Virus record (IMG/VR): IMGVR_UViG_3300034126_000032 | Coordinates: 1-55,128 of that record | DNA: 55,128 nt | DNA from: a virus | Lineage: Duplodnaviria > Caudoviricetes | Direction: 5' to 3' (one strand) | Part shown: positions 8,557-18,967 of the stretch, in pieces | Layout of the letters: each line of letters opens with the position of its first letter | Position numbering within the stretch: the first letter of the stretch is position 1 | Translations under genes and position numbers: made by a program | The notes under the pieces: generated by a model | Database searches by the model: none | Told to the model about the DNA's origin: nothing | Seen by the model: the letters and a program-made list of their open reading frames with translations, nothing else

Positions 8557-10791
8557 GTGACGGATGACGGATCAGCCAGGGTCAGCGTCGAAGGCGACGT
8601 CAGTGGCTTCGCCCGGCAAACTGAACGGGACCTTGACAAGGAACTAGCGAAGATCAACCTGGATCCGGTCAAAGTACAGACCGAGATCGACGACGCGAGC
8701 ATCGCCAAAACCGAGGCCAAAGCCAAAGTCGTCGGTGACACCATCGGCAAAACCGTAAACCAGTCGCTGAAAGACGTCGGTATCGACCCGATTGACATCA
8801 AGGCCAACCCGGCGGAAGCCCTCGCCGCGATCAAAGCGACTGAAGAGAAACTTAGGGCAATATCTGATGATGCTGCCACCGTCGAGATCAGGGTCAAGAC
8901 CGAGAAAGCCATCAGTGACCTGGCCAGTTTCAAAAAGTCGATAGGGGAATCCGGTAAACAATCCGGCCGTGACCTGGGCGACGGCATAGCTGACGGTGTG
9001 GACGAAAAGCATGGTGTGATATCCAACGCCCTGAAGAAAGCGTTCACCCCGAACGCCGGAGCATTCGACGCGCTGAAAGCCCCGTTCGTCGCCGCCCTGT
9101 CCACCCCCATCGGTGCCGCTGTCATCGCGGTCGCCGCCACCGTCGCCGTAGCGTTCGTGAGTGCGTTCGCGGCGGCTATCGCCACAGCCGGACTCGGCGC
9201 GGTGTTCCTCGGCGCTGGTGCGGCAGCCCTGTTCGGGGCCAAAGCGGAACGTGACAAGGCGGAAGCGGACCTCACCAAAGCGGAAGAGAAAGTCCGCAAG
9301 GCGGAGCTGGCCGCCCAGTCGGGGACGGCCGCGTCCAAGCGCAGTCTGGCCGACGCGATGGCCGAGTTGGCGAAAGCCCAGGAGGTGGTGGGTAAAAACG
9401 CGGCGTTCGTCAAACTGGACTCGTCGCTGAAAAACCTGGGCGACACGTTGAAACGTGTCGGGCAGACAGCCGCCCAACCGCTGATCGGCCCCTTCGCTAA
9501 CGCCCTGGACAAGCTGGCGAAGGGCGCCGAACGGGTCGAGCCGCTGCTGACGAAAATCTTCGATGGCTTGTCCCCGGCGATCGGGCCTCTCACCGACGGC
9601 ATTATCGGGTTTGTTGAGGAGTTCCTGAAAGTTCTCACCGCGGACCCTAAAACCCTTGAGGGAATGCGGGATGCACTGATCGCGTTGGGTGACAACCTAC
9701 CCAAGGTGGGGCAGGCCCTCGGGGAACTGTTCGCGTCGCTGGCATCCAACGAGAACAACGTACGGAACATTGGCATGTTGTTCGACATACTTGTGTTCTC
9801 AATTGATACGTTGGGAACTGCGTTGTCGTTCTTCTCCGGTGTATTGGATGTTCTTGTCGGTGCGTGGAACGCAGTAAAGAACGCTGGTTCTGCTGTCATC
9901 GGCTGGATCACCGAAACCGCTATTCCTGCTATTACCGGTGCCGCCTCAGCTGTGGTTGACTTTTTCGCTGGGCTGCCGGACAAAGTCATCGGGGCCATGT
10001 CCGGGTTCGCTGACATTCTCGGGACGTTCTTCACCAACGTGTGGGACACCACCAAAGCTGTTGTCTCATCCGGGGTAGACGCGGTGGTCGACTTCTTCAC
10101 GAAGCTACCCGAGCGTGTCCGTAACGCCATGTCATCGCTGGTATCAACTGTCTCGTCGGTGTTCTCCTCCGCCGCCACCTCGGCGCAGAACAAGGCGACT
10201 GACCTGGTCAACGGGGCCATCAACGTCATCCGGGGTTTGCCTGGGAGGATCCAGTCCGCATTGAACTCGGTGCGGACCACGGTCATCAACGCGTTCTCCG
10301 GTGCCGGATCCTGGTTGTATAACGCCGGACAGAACCTGATCTACGGTATCGGTAACGGCATCTGGTCTGCCCTGCAGTGGGCTGTGAACGCGGCGTGGAA
10401 CGCAGCCCAGCGGATCGTCCAGGGATTCCTCGACGCGCTACGGATCGGCTCACCGTCGAAAGTCATGGAAGACCAGGTCGGCAAGATGATCCCAGCTGGT
10501 ATCGCCGAAGGTATCGCCGCGAACACCGGCCTGGTTGATAAGCAAATCCAGGACATGATCGGATCATCGTTCAACATTGGCCTACCCACGTTCACCACAC
10601 CGGCCACCGCGGCTACCCGCGGCACTGACGGGGCAGCCCTCGGCCAAACCACCAGCACAAACCCCAACCTCAACGTGCAAGTGTTCGTGGGCGACAAGGA
10701 AATCAAAGACGTGGTCCGGGTGGCGATCAACGAACACGACCGGAGTTTGGGTGGTCAAGTGTCAAGCGGGACAGGAGGTTTCCGGGTATGA
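8557..10791 (+). CDS. Tape measure protein
   Basis: 744 aa, Ala-rich helical, W/F-periodic repeats, hydrophobic segments, LRIGSPSKVM motif. Confidence 0.9.
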   Translation: MTDDGSARVSVEGDVSGFARQTERDLDKELAKINLDPVKVQTEIDDASIAKTEAKAKVVGDTIGKTVNQSLKDVGIDPIDIKANPAEALAAIKATEEKLRAISDDAATVEIRVKTEKAISDLASFKKSIGESGKQSGRDLGDGIADGVDEKHGVISNALKKAFTPNAGAFDALKAPFVAALSTPIGAAVIAVAATVAVAFVSAFAAAIATAGLGAVFLGAGAAALFGAKAERDKAEADLTKAEEKVRKAELAAQSGTAASKRSLADAMAELAKAQEVVGKNAAFVKLDSSLKNLGDTLKRVGQTAAQPLIGPFANALDKLAKGAERVEPLLTKIFDGLSPAIGPLTDGIIGFVEEFLKVLTADPKTLEGMRDALIALGDNLPKVGQALGELFASLASNENNVRNIGMLFDILVFSIDTLGTALSFFSGVLDVLVGAWNAVKNAGSAVIGWITETAIPAITGAASAVVDFFAGLPDKVIGAMSGFADILGTFFTNVWDTTKAVVSSGVDAVVDFFTKLPERVRNAMSSLVSTVSSVFSSAATSAQNKATDLVNGAINVIRGLPGRIQSALNSVRTTVINAFSGAGSWLYNAGQNLIYGIGNGIWSALQWAVNAAWNAAQRIVQGFLDALRIGSPSKVMEDQVGKMIPAGIAEGIAANTGLVDKQIQDMIGSSFNIGLPTFTTPATAATRGTDGAALGQTTSTNPNLNVQVFVGDKEIKDVVRVAINEHDRSLGGQVSSGTGGFRV

Positions 10792-12173
10792 CCTTGGTGG
10801 TCACGTACGACGAACCTGACGCCCGGACAGTGCTGGTAACCACCGGCCTCGTCACCGCCGGCGCCGCCATTTTCAGCATCCAGCGTGGGCCCACATCGTC
10901 CGGGCCGTGGACCGGGGTCCGCGGTGCGGTGAACGTGAACGTCACCACCGACGCCGCGCAAACCTGGTATGACTACGAATACGATGCCGGGCCGAACGTC
11001 ATCAACTATTACCGAGTCCTAGGGCAGGAAGGCCCACGGTTCATCGGATACGGCACACCAGGCACAGACGCCACGGACCCCTATACCCTGACGATGGGCT
11101 GGCATGCATCCACCCTGCCAGGTGATGTGCTGGTCATGGCCCTAGCTGGCGCTACATCAGCTGACCCCCTTGGCTTCGTAATCCCCGGCGGCGGATGGTC
11201 CTACGCAGGCGGCAACTACTTCGCCAATGGGGCAGCAGTCGAAATATTCATTAAACAGGTAGTTGTCGGTGACGCCGGACCAACCGTGTTCACCCTGACT
11301 TGTGGCACACCTATCGAATTTATCGGGCAGATCGCCACGTTCCGGAATGTGCGCCCGGTTGTTCTAGGGACCGGGAACCGGCAAGGCCCTGCCGCTACGA
11401 ACCTCATCGGGTATGCGGCCCTACCCGCGCCGGCCGAAAACCATGCCATGGTCATCATCCTTGGCGGGGCCAGGGATACCAGCTGGTCATCCGCCGCCCC
11501 ACCCGCCGGGTTCATCATCATCGACGACCCCACCTTCTTCTCCGCCCTGGGGGCGAACCTGGTGTGGGCGTACCAGGTGCAAGGGTTGTCGGCTGCGCTG
11601 GTCTCAGGTAGCTTCACCGCGGCCAGCGGTTCCTACTCCACAACGGAGAAGACAGGGGCATCGATGATGCTCGCCTACGACGCTGTCACCGCGGCCAGCA
11701 CTGAGCTGTTCACTGGTAGTGTGGCCACCCCGCTGAGTGTGGTATGGCTGAAAGACCCTTTGGCCCCACCCCGCAACATGATTGTTCAGGTAGGTTCACC
11801 AACCCAAATCCGGGACGCGGCCAGGTCCGGGCTGTTCGACATCAAGGACAGGGCGGAACCAGTCGAAATCTCGGAGATCCGCCGGGCCAGGAACTGGACC
11901 CAACGGTGGATTTTCACCACGTTCCCCGAGCTTGATGCCCTGCTGACCTTGTTCGCACCCGGACGCACCCTACTACTCCATGTCCCCGCCCGCGGCACCG
12001 TGCCGGTGTGCGAACCGTGGCCCCGAAACCTGCCAGGCGGTTTCATCTACGTCGGTGACATTTCCGAAGAACCCGCCCCGGACGCCGCGATCCCCGGGGT
12101 GCTGGTCGCACCCGTCCAAGTCGTGGCAGCCCCAGTCCCCGAGCTGGACTACGTTGAGGTGCCCGTCCCGTGA
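10788..12173 (+). CDS. Minor tail protein (distal-tail-like with inserted beta domain)
   Basis: Follows TMP; VRGA...DYE and WLKDP motifs flank an insert. Confidence 0.7.
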   Translation: MTLVVTYDEPDARTVLVTTGLVTAGAAIFSIQRGPTSSGPWTGVRGAVNVNVTTDAAQTWYDYEYDAGPNVINYYRVLGQEGPRFIGYGTPGTDATDPYTLTMGWHASTLPGDVLVMALAGATSADPLGFVIPGGGWSYAGGNYFANGAAVEIFIKQVVVGDAGPTVFTLTCGTPIEFIGQIATFRNVRPVVLGTGNRQGPAATNLIGYAALPAPAENHAMVIILGGARDTSWSSAAPPAGFIIIDDPTFFSALGANLVWAYQVQGLSAALVSGSFTAASGSYSTTEKTGASMMLAYDAVTAASTELFTGSVATPLSVVWLKDPLAPPRNMIVQVGSPTQIRDAARSGLFDIKDRAEPVEISEIRRARNWTQRWIFTTFPELDALLTLFAPGRTLLLHVPARGTVPVCEPWPRNLPGGFIYVGDISEEPAPDAAIPGVLVAPVQVVAAPVPELDYVEVPVP

Positions 12174-13966
12174 GACCGGTGACAGGTGATTTCCTCGCAG
12201 CCCTACGCGGTTCACACACCGCCGTGTACCGGGCCCGGGTGGTGACTACCTTCCAAACCGGGGTGGATCCGGCCGGCGAGTTCCAGCAGATCATCTCCGG
12301 GTCGGTCAGGTTGGACGCCACCGCCGACGAACGCTCAGCCTTGGACCTTATCGTCATGGGGGACTGGCCGGTCAACAACCAGCTGAGCCTCCTCGCCCCG
12401 TTCGGCCAGGAGTTGTTCGTCGAACGCGGTATCGAAGGTGTCAGTATCACGGGCACCGAATACGTGCCGTTGGGCTATTTTCGGATCGAAACGGTGGAAC
12501 AGGACGATGCACCACGGTCTCCGATCCGGATCACCGGTAGGGATCGGATGGCGGCCCTGATCGAAGCCCGCATGTTGGAACCGCGAACGTTCGCGGTCGG
12601 CACCACCTTCCAGGCGATCTTCGAGAACCTGGTGTGGGAGGTGTACCCGGACGCTGTCCTGAACATTGACGCTACGGTGGCCACATCCACTTTGCGGGAG
12701 AAATCTACGGTCGAGGAGGACCGGTTCACGTTCCTCGCGGATATGGCCACCGCCCGCGGGTGTGTCATGTACTTCGACTACCAAGGTTTCCTGACGGTGA
12801 ACCCGCCACCGGACTCCACCACCCCGGTGTGGACGGTTGACGCCGGTCCGGCCGGGGTGCTGGTCTCCGCCCGACGCCAGTTGTCCCGCACCGGCGTATA
12901 CAACGCGGTCGTCGCAGCCGGCACAGAAGCGGTAGTAGCGACCGCCGTTCCACCGCCACGCGCTGTGGTTTTGGATGAGGACCCGGAATCGGCAACCTAC
13001 TGGTACGGGCCGTTCGGGAAAGTCCCCCGGTTCTACGCATCCCCTCTGCTGTTCACGGACGCGCAATGCACAACAGCGGCCGGGTCTATCCTGGCCCGGG
13101 TCACCGGTCTGCCCTACTCACTGGACCTCACAGCAATTCCGAATCCGGCGTTGGAACCGTTGGACCCTGTCGGGGTGGTCCTCGGTGGGGAAACCCCCGG
13201 CGGTGGGACACTCACCAGCGATGTTGCGTTGTTACTCCCTGGCACGGTGGGAAGCTACTTCGAAACACCGGACGCGGCTTCCCTGGACATCACGGGTGAC
13301 ATTGACATGCGGGCACTGATCTCGCCTGACGACTGGTCCCCACCAGTCCAGGGCACCATTGTTTCCAAGTCCACGGCGGCTGGGGAGTACTCGTACCGGA
13401 TGGCGTTGCTGACCAACGGCCGCCTTGAACTGGGGTGGAGCAGCACCGGTATCAACCTGTTCACCGCGTCGAGCAGTGTCGCAACAGGGTTCATCAACGG
13501 TTCCGCGCACTGGGTGAGAGTCACCCGGGTAGTCGGCGGTGTCATCTCGTTTTACACGTCGGAGGACGGGAACGTGTGGAACCCGCTGGGGACCACGTCG
13601 GCGGCGGGGGCCACCACCATGTTCTCCGGCACAGGCCTGCTCAGGGCCGGTGCGTCGCTCTACTATGGTGCGACGGAAATGTTCGACGGGTTCATCTGGC
13701 GTATCGAAATTCGTAACGGGGTGAACGGGCCGTTGGTGGCCGCCCCGTACTTCGATGATCAGGTTATCGGGACGATCGCTTTCACCGATTCCACGGGCAA
13801 GGTGTGGACGAAGGCGGGTTCGGCTGAGATCGCGTTGACTGGTACGCAAAGTTACCGGCCGCAACTCGGGGTTCATGTGATCGACGCGTTGACGATCCCG
13901 TTGTCCTCGGATGAGCCGATGACCGCGAACGTGCGTTCCACCGTTGAGTATTCGATCACCGGATAG
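12170..13966 (+). CDS. Minor tail/baseplate hub protein (DUF5047-like) with inserted LamG/concanavalin-like domain
   Basis: MRPVT..FLAALRGSH, GPFGKVPRFYASP, PNPALEP; insert LDITGDID...HWVRVT. Confidence 0.75.
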   Translation: MRPVTGDFLAALRGSHTAVYRARVVTTFQTGVDPAGEFQQIISGSVRLDATADERSALDLIVMGDWPVNNQLSLLAPFGQELFVERGIEGVSITGTEYVPLGYFRIETVEQDDAPRSPIRITGRDRMAALIEARMLEPRTFAVGTTFQAIFENLVWEVYPDAVLNIDATVATSTLREKSTVEEDRFTFLADMATARGCVMYFDYQGFLTVNPPPDSTTPVWTVDAGPAGVLVSARRQLSRTGVYNAVVAAGTEAVVATAVPPPRAVVLDEDPESATYWYGPFGKVPRFYASPLLFTDAQCTTAAGSILARVTGLPYSLDLTAIPNPALEPLDPVGVVLGGETPGGGTLTSDVALLLPGTVGSYFETPDAASLDITGDIDMRALISPDDWSPPVQGTIVSKSTAAGEYSYRMALLTNGRLELGWSSTGINLFTASSSVATGFINGSAHWVRVTRVVGGVISFYTSEDGNVWNPLGTTSAAGATTMFSGTGLLRAGASLYYGATEMFDGFIWRIEIRNGVNGPLVAAPYFDDQVIGTIAFTDSTGKVWTKAGSAEIALTGTQSYRPQLGVHVIDALTIPLSSDEPMTANVRSTVEYSITG

Positions 13967-13980
13967 GAGGTGACCCGCCC

Positions 13981-14931
13981 GTGAGCAATGATGTGAATAA
14001 GCGCCCTAAGAATCCTGGTGATCTTGCCGCCCTGCTAGCAGTCACCCCGGAGGACCTATACGACTTCCTGCAAGGTGTCCTGACAGCTATCAACGTGGCA
14101 GCATTCACTAACGAAGTGGAAGTTGCGGGAAGTCAACTCCTCACGGACCTCCCGATAATCGGCGACCCGGGGGAACTAACCGTCGGTGACACCATCATGG
14201 TGTTACGGCTACGTGCCCGGTATTTCATCCTTGGCCCGATCGGTGCTGCCGCGTACGTTCCGGTGCCTGCCGGTTTCACCCTGTTCGCCACCATCTACCA
14301 CAACAACAATGACCCGTTCGTGAAGGCTGACTACCCGGGGCTGCGGAAGGTGAAGGTTCGGGTGCAGGCCGGTGGTGGGGGCGGGGGCGGTGCCGGTGCC
14401 GCAGCATCCGGGCAACATGCTATGGGTGGTGGTGGCGGTGGTGGTGGTTACGCGGAGAAGTCTGTCCTGCTGGCTGCCCTCGCCGCGTCGGAGGCGATCA
14501 CCGTCGGTGCGGGTGGTGCAGGTGGTGTTGGTTTCAACCCCGGCGGCAATGGCGGCGGCTCGTCGTTCGGTACATGGGCGATAACCGGTGGAGGGCAGGG
14601 TGGCACTGCGCTGTCGTCGACTGCCACTGCGGCCGGTGTGACCGGCGGTTACGGTGGGACTGCCACCGCCGGTATCGTCCTGTCCTCCGGCGGCGGTGGA
14701 ACGTTCGGGTGGGGGGAAGCCGGCGTCGGCGCCGGAGGGACAGGCGGGTCAGCGATCCTGGGTAATGGTGGCCGCGGCCGGTCAGTTACAACGGTTGCCG
14801 CTTCTCACAACGGCGACCCTGGTGGCAACTATGGTGGTGGTGGTGGTGGTGCTCTTTCCAACAGCACCGGTGCGGCTGCCACCGGTGGTGACGGTGGCCC
14901 AGGCATCGTGATCATCGAGGTGTACTACTAG
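13981..14931 (+). CDS. Glycine-rich tail protein
   Basis: Poly-Gly tracts, C-terminal GGDGGPGIVIIEVY. Confidence 0.75.
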   Translation: MSNDVNKRPKNPGDLAALLAVTPEDLYDFLQGVLTAINVAAFTNEVEVAGSQLLTDLPIIGDPGELTVGDTIMVLRLRARYFILGPIGAAAYVPVPAGFTLFATIYHNNNDPFVKADYPGLRKVKVRVQAGGGGGGGAGAAASGQHAMGGGGGGGGYAEKSVLLAALAASEAITVGAGGAGGVGFNPGGNGGGSSFGTWAITGGGQGGTALSSTATAAGVTGGYGGTATAGIVLSSGGGGTFGWGEAGVGAGGTGGSAILGNGGRGRSVTTVAASHNGDPGGNYGGGGGGALSNSTGAAATGGDGGPGIVIIEVYY

Positions 14932-14940
14932 GGTGACCAC

Positions 14941-15594
14941 ATGACAGCCTTGCCTACGTGGTCGATTTTGGTGCCGACCTTGGGTGAGCGGCGTCCCCTG
15001 TTCGAGCGGCTCATGGCCGGGCTGCTACCCCAACTGGATCCGTACGAGGGCCGGGTGCGGGTTGTCGCCTGGCACAACAACGGGGCACCACCGTTGCCTC
15101 AGCTACGCCAGGCCATGATCGTTGCGGCTGTCACGGACTACGTGTCGTTCGTCGACGACGACGACCTGGTCGCCCCCGACTACGTGCCGGAAATCGTCCG
15201 GGCTATCGACCAGTGGCCGGACTACGTCGGGTTTCAGGTGCAGTGCTACTCCGATGATGCACCAACCGCAGTCTCATACCACTCGCTGGAGTTCGACCGG
15301 TGGCGGAACCTGACCGACCGGTACGAGCGGGACATTTCGCACTTGAATCCCATCCGGGCGAACCTTGCCCGGATGGCGAACTTCGCGAAAGCCGGGAATC
15401 GGGCGGAGGACCGGTCCTGGGCTGACCAGCTACGCCGCACCCGGGCGGTTAACACCCAGGTGGTCATCCCCCGGATCTTGTACCACTACCTGTACTCGAC
15501 CGGTGGGAGCCGGTGGCAGGTCCCGAAGACGATCCGCCCCGGTGAACGGTCTGCCATCGTCCACCCCTACTTCTCGTGGAGCCCGAATGCCTGA
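14941..15594 (+). CDS. Glycosyltransferase family 2 (GT-A)
   Basis: WSILVPT start, YVSFVDDDD, ED motif, LYHY. Confidence 0.85.
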   Translation: MTALPTWSILVPTLGERRPLFERLMAGLLPQLDPYEGRVRVVAWHNNGAPPLPQLRQAMIVAAVTDYVSFVDDDDLVAPDYVPEIVRAIDQWPDYVGFQVQCYSDDAPTAVSYHSLEFDRWRNLTDRYERDISHLNPIRANLARMANFAKAGNRAEDRSWADQLRRTRAVNTQVVIPRILYHYLYSTGGSRWQVPKTIRPGERSAIVHPYFSWSPNA

Positions 15595-16252
15595 CCTTGT
15601 GGGGCACCTGCCCAGCACCGACCTGGACATCAGTGCTTGCCAGGCCACATTCAACCAGCTTGACGGTTTCACCCAGGATCATGCCGGTCTCCGAATGTGG
15701 AAGACCGTAGATGATATGGAGCGCTACCGGCAGATCATCGAGGCTACGTCGCCGGAGATGATCGTGGAGACGGGCACCCTGTGGGGCGGATTCGCCGCGT
15801 GGTTGGCGGATACCTTCCACGTTGATGTGATCACGGTGGACGTGGAACATGCCGAGGGGCGACCTGAGACGTGGCCGGGTGTGACGTTCCTCGTCGAAGG
15901 CAGCTCGGTTGATCCTCAGGTGGTGTCCCATATCCGCCAGTTGACTGAGGGCCGTAGGACTATGGTCACCCTCGACTCCGACCACCACGCACCGCACGTC
16001 CGCTCGGAGATCCGGGCTTACGGGCCCATGGTCTCCCCCGGCTGTTACCTGGTGGTAGAGGACGGCATAGCCGACCTGGTGGACGCCGCCGAGTCCAGCC
16101 GGTGGGGGCCGGAAGTACCGGACCTTGGCGGGCCCCTGCGGGCAATCACCGAAATCCTGGCAGATAGCCCGGTGTGGGAGCGCGACCTTGAGGTGGAGAA
16201 CCTGACCACGGTTTCGCATAACCCGGCCGGCTGGTGGAGAAGGAAACTCTGA
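15587..16252 (+). CDS. CmcI / rhamnosyl O-methyltransferase family protein
   Basis: PEMIVETGTLWGG, GSSVDP, MVTLDSDH, YLVVEDG, NPAGW. Confidence 0.85.
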   Translation: MPDLVGHLPSTDLDISACQATFNQLDGFTQDHAGLRMWKTVDDMERYRQIIEATSPEMIVETGTLWGGFAAWLADTFHVDVITVDVEHAEGRPETWPGVTFLVEGSSVDPQVVSHIRQLTEGRRTMVTLDSDHHAPHVRSEIRAYGPMVSPGCYLVVEDGIADLVDAAESSRWGPEVPDLGGPLRAITEILADSPVWERDLEVENLTTVSHNPAGWWRRKL

Positions 16253-18144
16253 TGTCTGACCTGGCTGTTATCGTCCCGACCCGGGGCCGCCCCGACAACA
16301 TCCGGAAAGTCATCTCCGCGTGGGACTTCACCAACGCGTGGGACGTGGCTGATCTGATCCTCGTGGCGGATGCGGACGATCCGGAGATTCAGGGTTACCG
16401 CGAGGTCGTGGGCAAGGCAGGTGCCCTGACGGACGGGGACATGATCCAACTCGTCGAGGTTCCGGTGTGGCTACCGATGGTCCACAAATTGGACGCCGCC
16501 GCCCACGTCGCGGCAGGCCAGTACTGGGCTGTCGGGTTCGCCGGCGACGATCACCTACCCCAGACCATCGGCTGGGCCCGCCGGTATCTGACCGTCCTCC
16601 GGGAGATGGGCTGCGGGATGGTGTACTCCGACGACGGATACCAAGGCCGGAAACTGGCCACCGAATGGGCGGTCACCTCCGACACAGTCCGTGCTCTGGG
16701 CCGCATGGTGCCCGCCGACGTGGAACACATGTACTGCGACAACAGCATGATGGATTTGTTCGGTGGTGCCGCGGCGATGCGGTGGCTGCCCGAGGTTCGG
16801 ATCGAGCACATGCACCCGATCACCGGCAAAGCCGCGACGGATGCGCAGTATCAGCGGGTCAACGGGCGGGAGCAGTACGCCAGGGACCGGCGCGGGTACG
16901 AACGGTGGAAACGTGACCAGGCGGCCGATGATGTGGCCGTGCTGCGGTCATTGCGGGCCGGGTTACCTCAGTACGACCCGCCCAGGGCTACACCACAACC
17001 AGACACCACCCCGCCGCCGAGGACGCGGCAGGGCAGGATGCAACCGACCCGCCGCCCAGTCCGACACCAGCCCCGAGGAAGGACCCCTGCTGTGCAACCG
17101 CCTAGGCATTTCGATCAGGTACGTGCGGCTACACCCGAGGACATCATGCTCGCCCTGGCTGACTTCGCCGCGCAGGTCTCGTGGAATCACGAGATTGTGG
17201 AGTTGGGGGTGTTCTGCGGTAGGTCTGCGTTGATGCTGGCGTGGGGTGCCGGGCAGGGTAACCACGCTCATGTGACCGGGGTTGATGCGTGGGCGTTGGA
17301 AGGGAACACGTATGACGCGCCGTTCACCGATGATGAGTCCCGCCGGTGGGCTGATCACTGGGTACAGAGTTTCGGTTACACGGAGAACATCACCTTGGTC
17401 AATGATTTCAGCCGGAACGTGGCCGACCACTGGTCGGGTCCCCCGGTGGGTTTGTTGTTCGTCGACGCCGATCACAGTAAGGAAGGCACTAGGGGTGACA
17501 TTGTGGCCTGGGCGCCGCACCTGTACTTCTGCGCCCGGATCGCTGTGGACGATTATGGGCACCCGGACTGGCCGGGTGTGCGTGAAGCCGTCGACGAGCT
17601 GGTGGCGGAGGGTTTTCTGGAACCGATCCAGATCTTCCATGACCGGTTGGCGGTGACCACACTGACTGCCGCGGCTGTTGCCGGGTTGGCTGCCAACACT
17701 GAACTACTGCACCAGCCGGTGGCTGTCACCAACGAGGGTGTTCTATTCTCAGCAGGCCCTGGTGTCACCGGGCCCCCACCCGCCGCCGACGTACGTGTCC
17801 CGAGGACCCTCGTCGACGGCGAGGGCGGGCCCCCACCGGTGGAGGCTGCGGCGAAGCTGCTCACCGATCTGCGAGCAGAGTGGGAACAGGTAGACCCGGA
17901 GGGTGTGGCCGCACTCAAAGAATCGGCGGCCAACCTTGCCAGTGAAGTGCCAAGTGAAGTGCCAAGTGAGCCAGGTCGTGTGTTCGTGTCCGCCGGGGAA
18001 CTACCCGACGTGCCCGCAGGCACCATGATCGACACGTTGAGCATGGCCTACCTCAAAGAACTCGCCAAGGTCCGCGGGATCGTTCTCAGCACCCGCGTAC
18101 ACAAGAAATCCGAAACCATCCAGGCACTCACGGAAGGACACTGA
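16252..18144 (+). CDS. GT-A glycosyltransferase fused to class I SAM methyltransferase (Methyltransf_24-like), C-terminal Rho_N/HeH-like motif
   Basis: VIVPTRGRP, GFAGDDH, HMYCDN, IEHMHP; IVELGVFCGRS, LLFVDADH, IAVDDY, WPGV; LKELAKVRGI..KKSETIQAL. Confidence 0.85.
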   Translation: MSDLAVIVPTRGRPDNIRKVISAWDFTNAWDVADLILVADADDPEIQGYREVVGKAGALTDGDMIQLVEVPVWLPMVHKLDAAAHVAAGQYWAVGFAGDDHLPQTIGWARRYLTVLREMGCGMVYSDDGYQGRKLATEWAVTSDTVRALGRMVPADVEHMYCDNSMMDLFGGAAAMRWLPEVRIEHMHPITGKAATDAQYQRVNGREQYARDRRGYERWKRDQAADDVAVLRSLRAGLPQYDPPRATPQPDTTPPPRTRQGRMQPTRRPVRHQPRGRTPAVQPPRHFDQVRAATPEDIMLALADFAAQVSWNHEIVELGVFCGRSALMLAWGAGQGNHAHVTGVDAWALEGNTYDAPFTDDESRRWADHWVQSFGYTENITLVNDFSRNVADHWSGPPVGLLFVDADHSKEGTRGDIVAWAPHLYFCARIAVDDYGHPDWPGVREAVDELVAEGFLEPIQIFHDRLAVTTLTAAAVAGLAANTELLHQPVAVTNEGVLFSAGPGVTGPPPAADVRVPRTLVDGEGGPPPVEAAAKLLTDLRAEWEQVDPEGVAALKESAANLASEVPSEVPSEPGRVFVSAGELPDVPAGTMIDTLSMAYLKELAKVRGIVLSTRVHKKSETIQALTEGH

Positions 18145-18146
18145 AC

Positions 18147-18272
18147 ATGGCACGTCATCCAGGCGGACGGACATGCCAGCTGGTTGCCCCGCTGGTGCTG
18201 CTCCTCATGCCGTACGCCCTGGCCCGGTACGCGGTCGACCGGATCCGGGGCCGCAAGCGACAGACCCGGTGA
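18147..18272 (+). CDS. Small (41 aa) putative membrane protein
   Basis: ATG 2 nt after upstream stop, GTGA overlap with next gene, hydrophobic core. Confidence 0.45.
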   Translation: MARHPGGRTCQLVAPLVLLLMPYALARYAVDRIRGRKRQTR

Positions 18273-18964
18273 AGCTGAGCTGCTCAGTGATGGCCCATCC
18301 GGATCGTGAGGCTGAGGTGGACGAGCTGCTCGGCGCCCTGGACCGGCCGACACCGGTGTACTGGGATGATGAGGGCCCACCGTCGGGTAACGGGGACCGG
18401 GTGTGGCGTACCGCCCGCGGTGCCTGGTCCCTGGCCGACCCTGATGCGGACTGGCACGTCCTGATCCAAGACGACGCCCAACCCTGCGCTGACTTCCTCG
18501 CAGGCTTGGAGCGGGCGTTGGCGTTCGTGCCCCCCGGTGCGGTGGTGTCCCCGTACTTGGGTACCGGGCGGAATGTGCCGATCCGGTGGGAAGCCATGTG
18601 TCGGGCAGCGGACACCGCCAAGGCAACCTGGGTGCGTTCGAATAAACTGATGTGGGGGGTGTGCCTTGTCCTGCCTGTGCGAGACATCCCGGACATGATC
18701 GGTTACGCGGACACCCGGGCGGGGGTGCCGGATGATATGCGGGTAGCAGGATGGGTGGACAGGACCGGCCGGGAGGTTTGGTACACGTGGCCGTCGCTGG
18801 TGGATCACCGCGGGGTGGCGTCGTTGACGAAACATCAGGCGCGGGAGCGTTTCGCCCGGACCTGGTTGGACGGGTCCGCGTTGGATGTGGTGTGGTCGGA
18901 TCGTGCGGTTATGGACCCGATGTTGGCTCGCCGGTATCCGGCCAGGTCAGGACCACGACGGTAG
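18269..18964 (+). CDS. Glycosyltransferase (GT-A, GT25-like)
   Basis: SVMAHPDR, HVLIQDDA, PSLVDH motifs as in actinophage GTs. Confidence 0.75.
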   Translation: MKLSCSVMAHPDREAEVDELLGALDRPTPVYWDDEGPPSGNGDRVWRTARGAWSLADPDADWHVLIQDDAQPCADFLAGLERALAFVPPGAVVSPYLGTGRNVPIRWEAMCRAADTAKATWVRSNKLMWGVCLVLPVRDIPDMIGYADTRAGVPDDMRVAGWVDRTGREVWYTWPSLVDHRGVASLTKHQARERFARTWLDGSALDVVWSDRAVMDPMLARRYPARSGPRR

Positions 18965-18967
18965 GAG

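Noticed and set aside
8532-10289. 585-aa minus-strand ORF
   Set aside because: Antisense shadow of the tape measure gene in high-GC DNA
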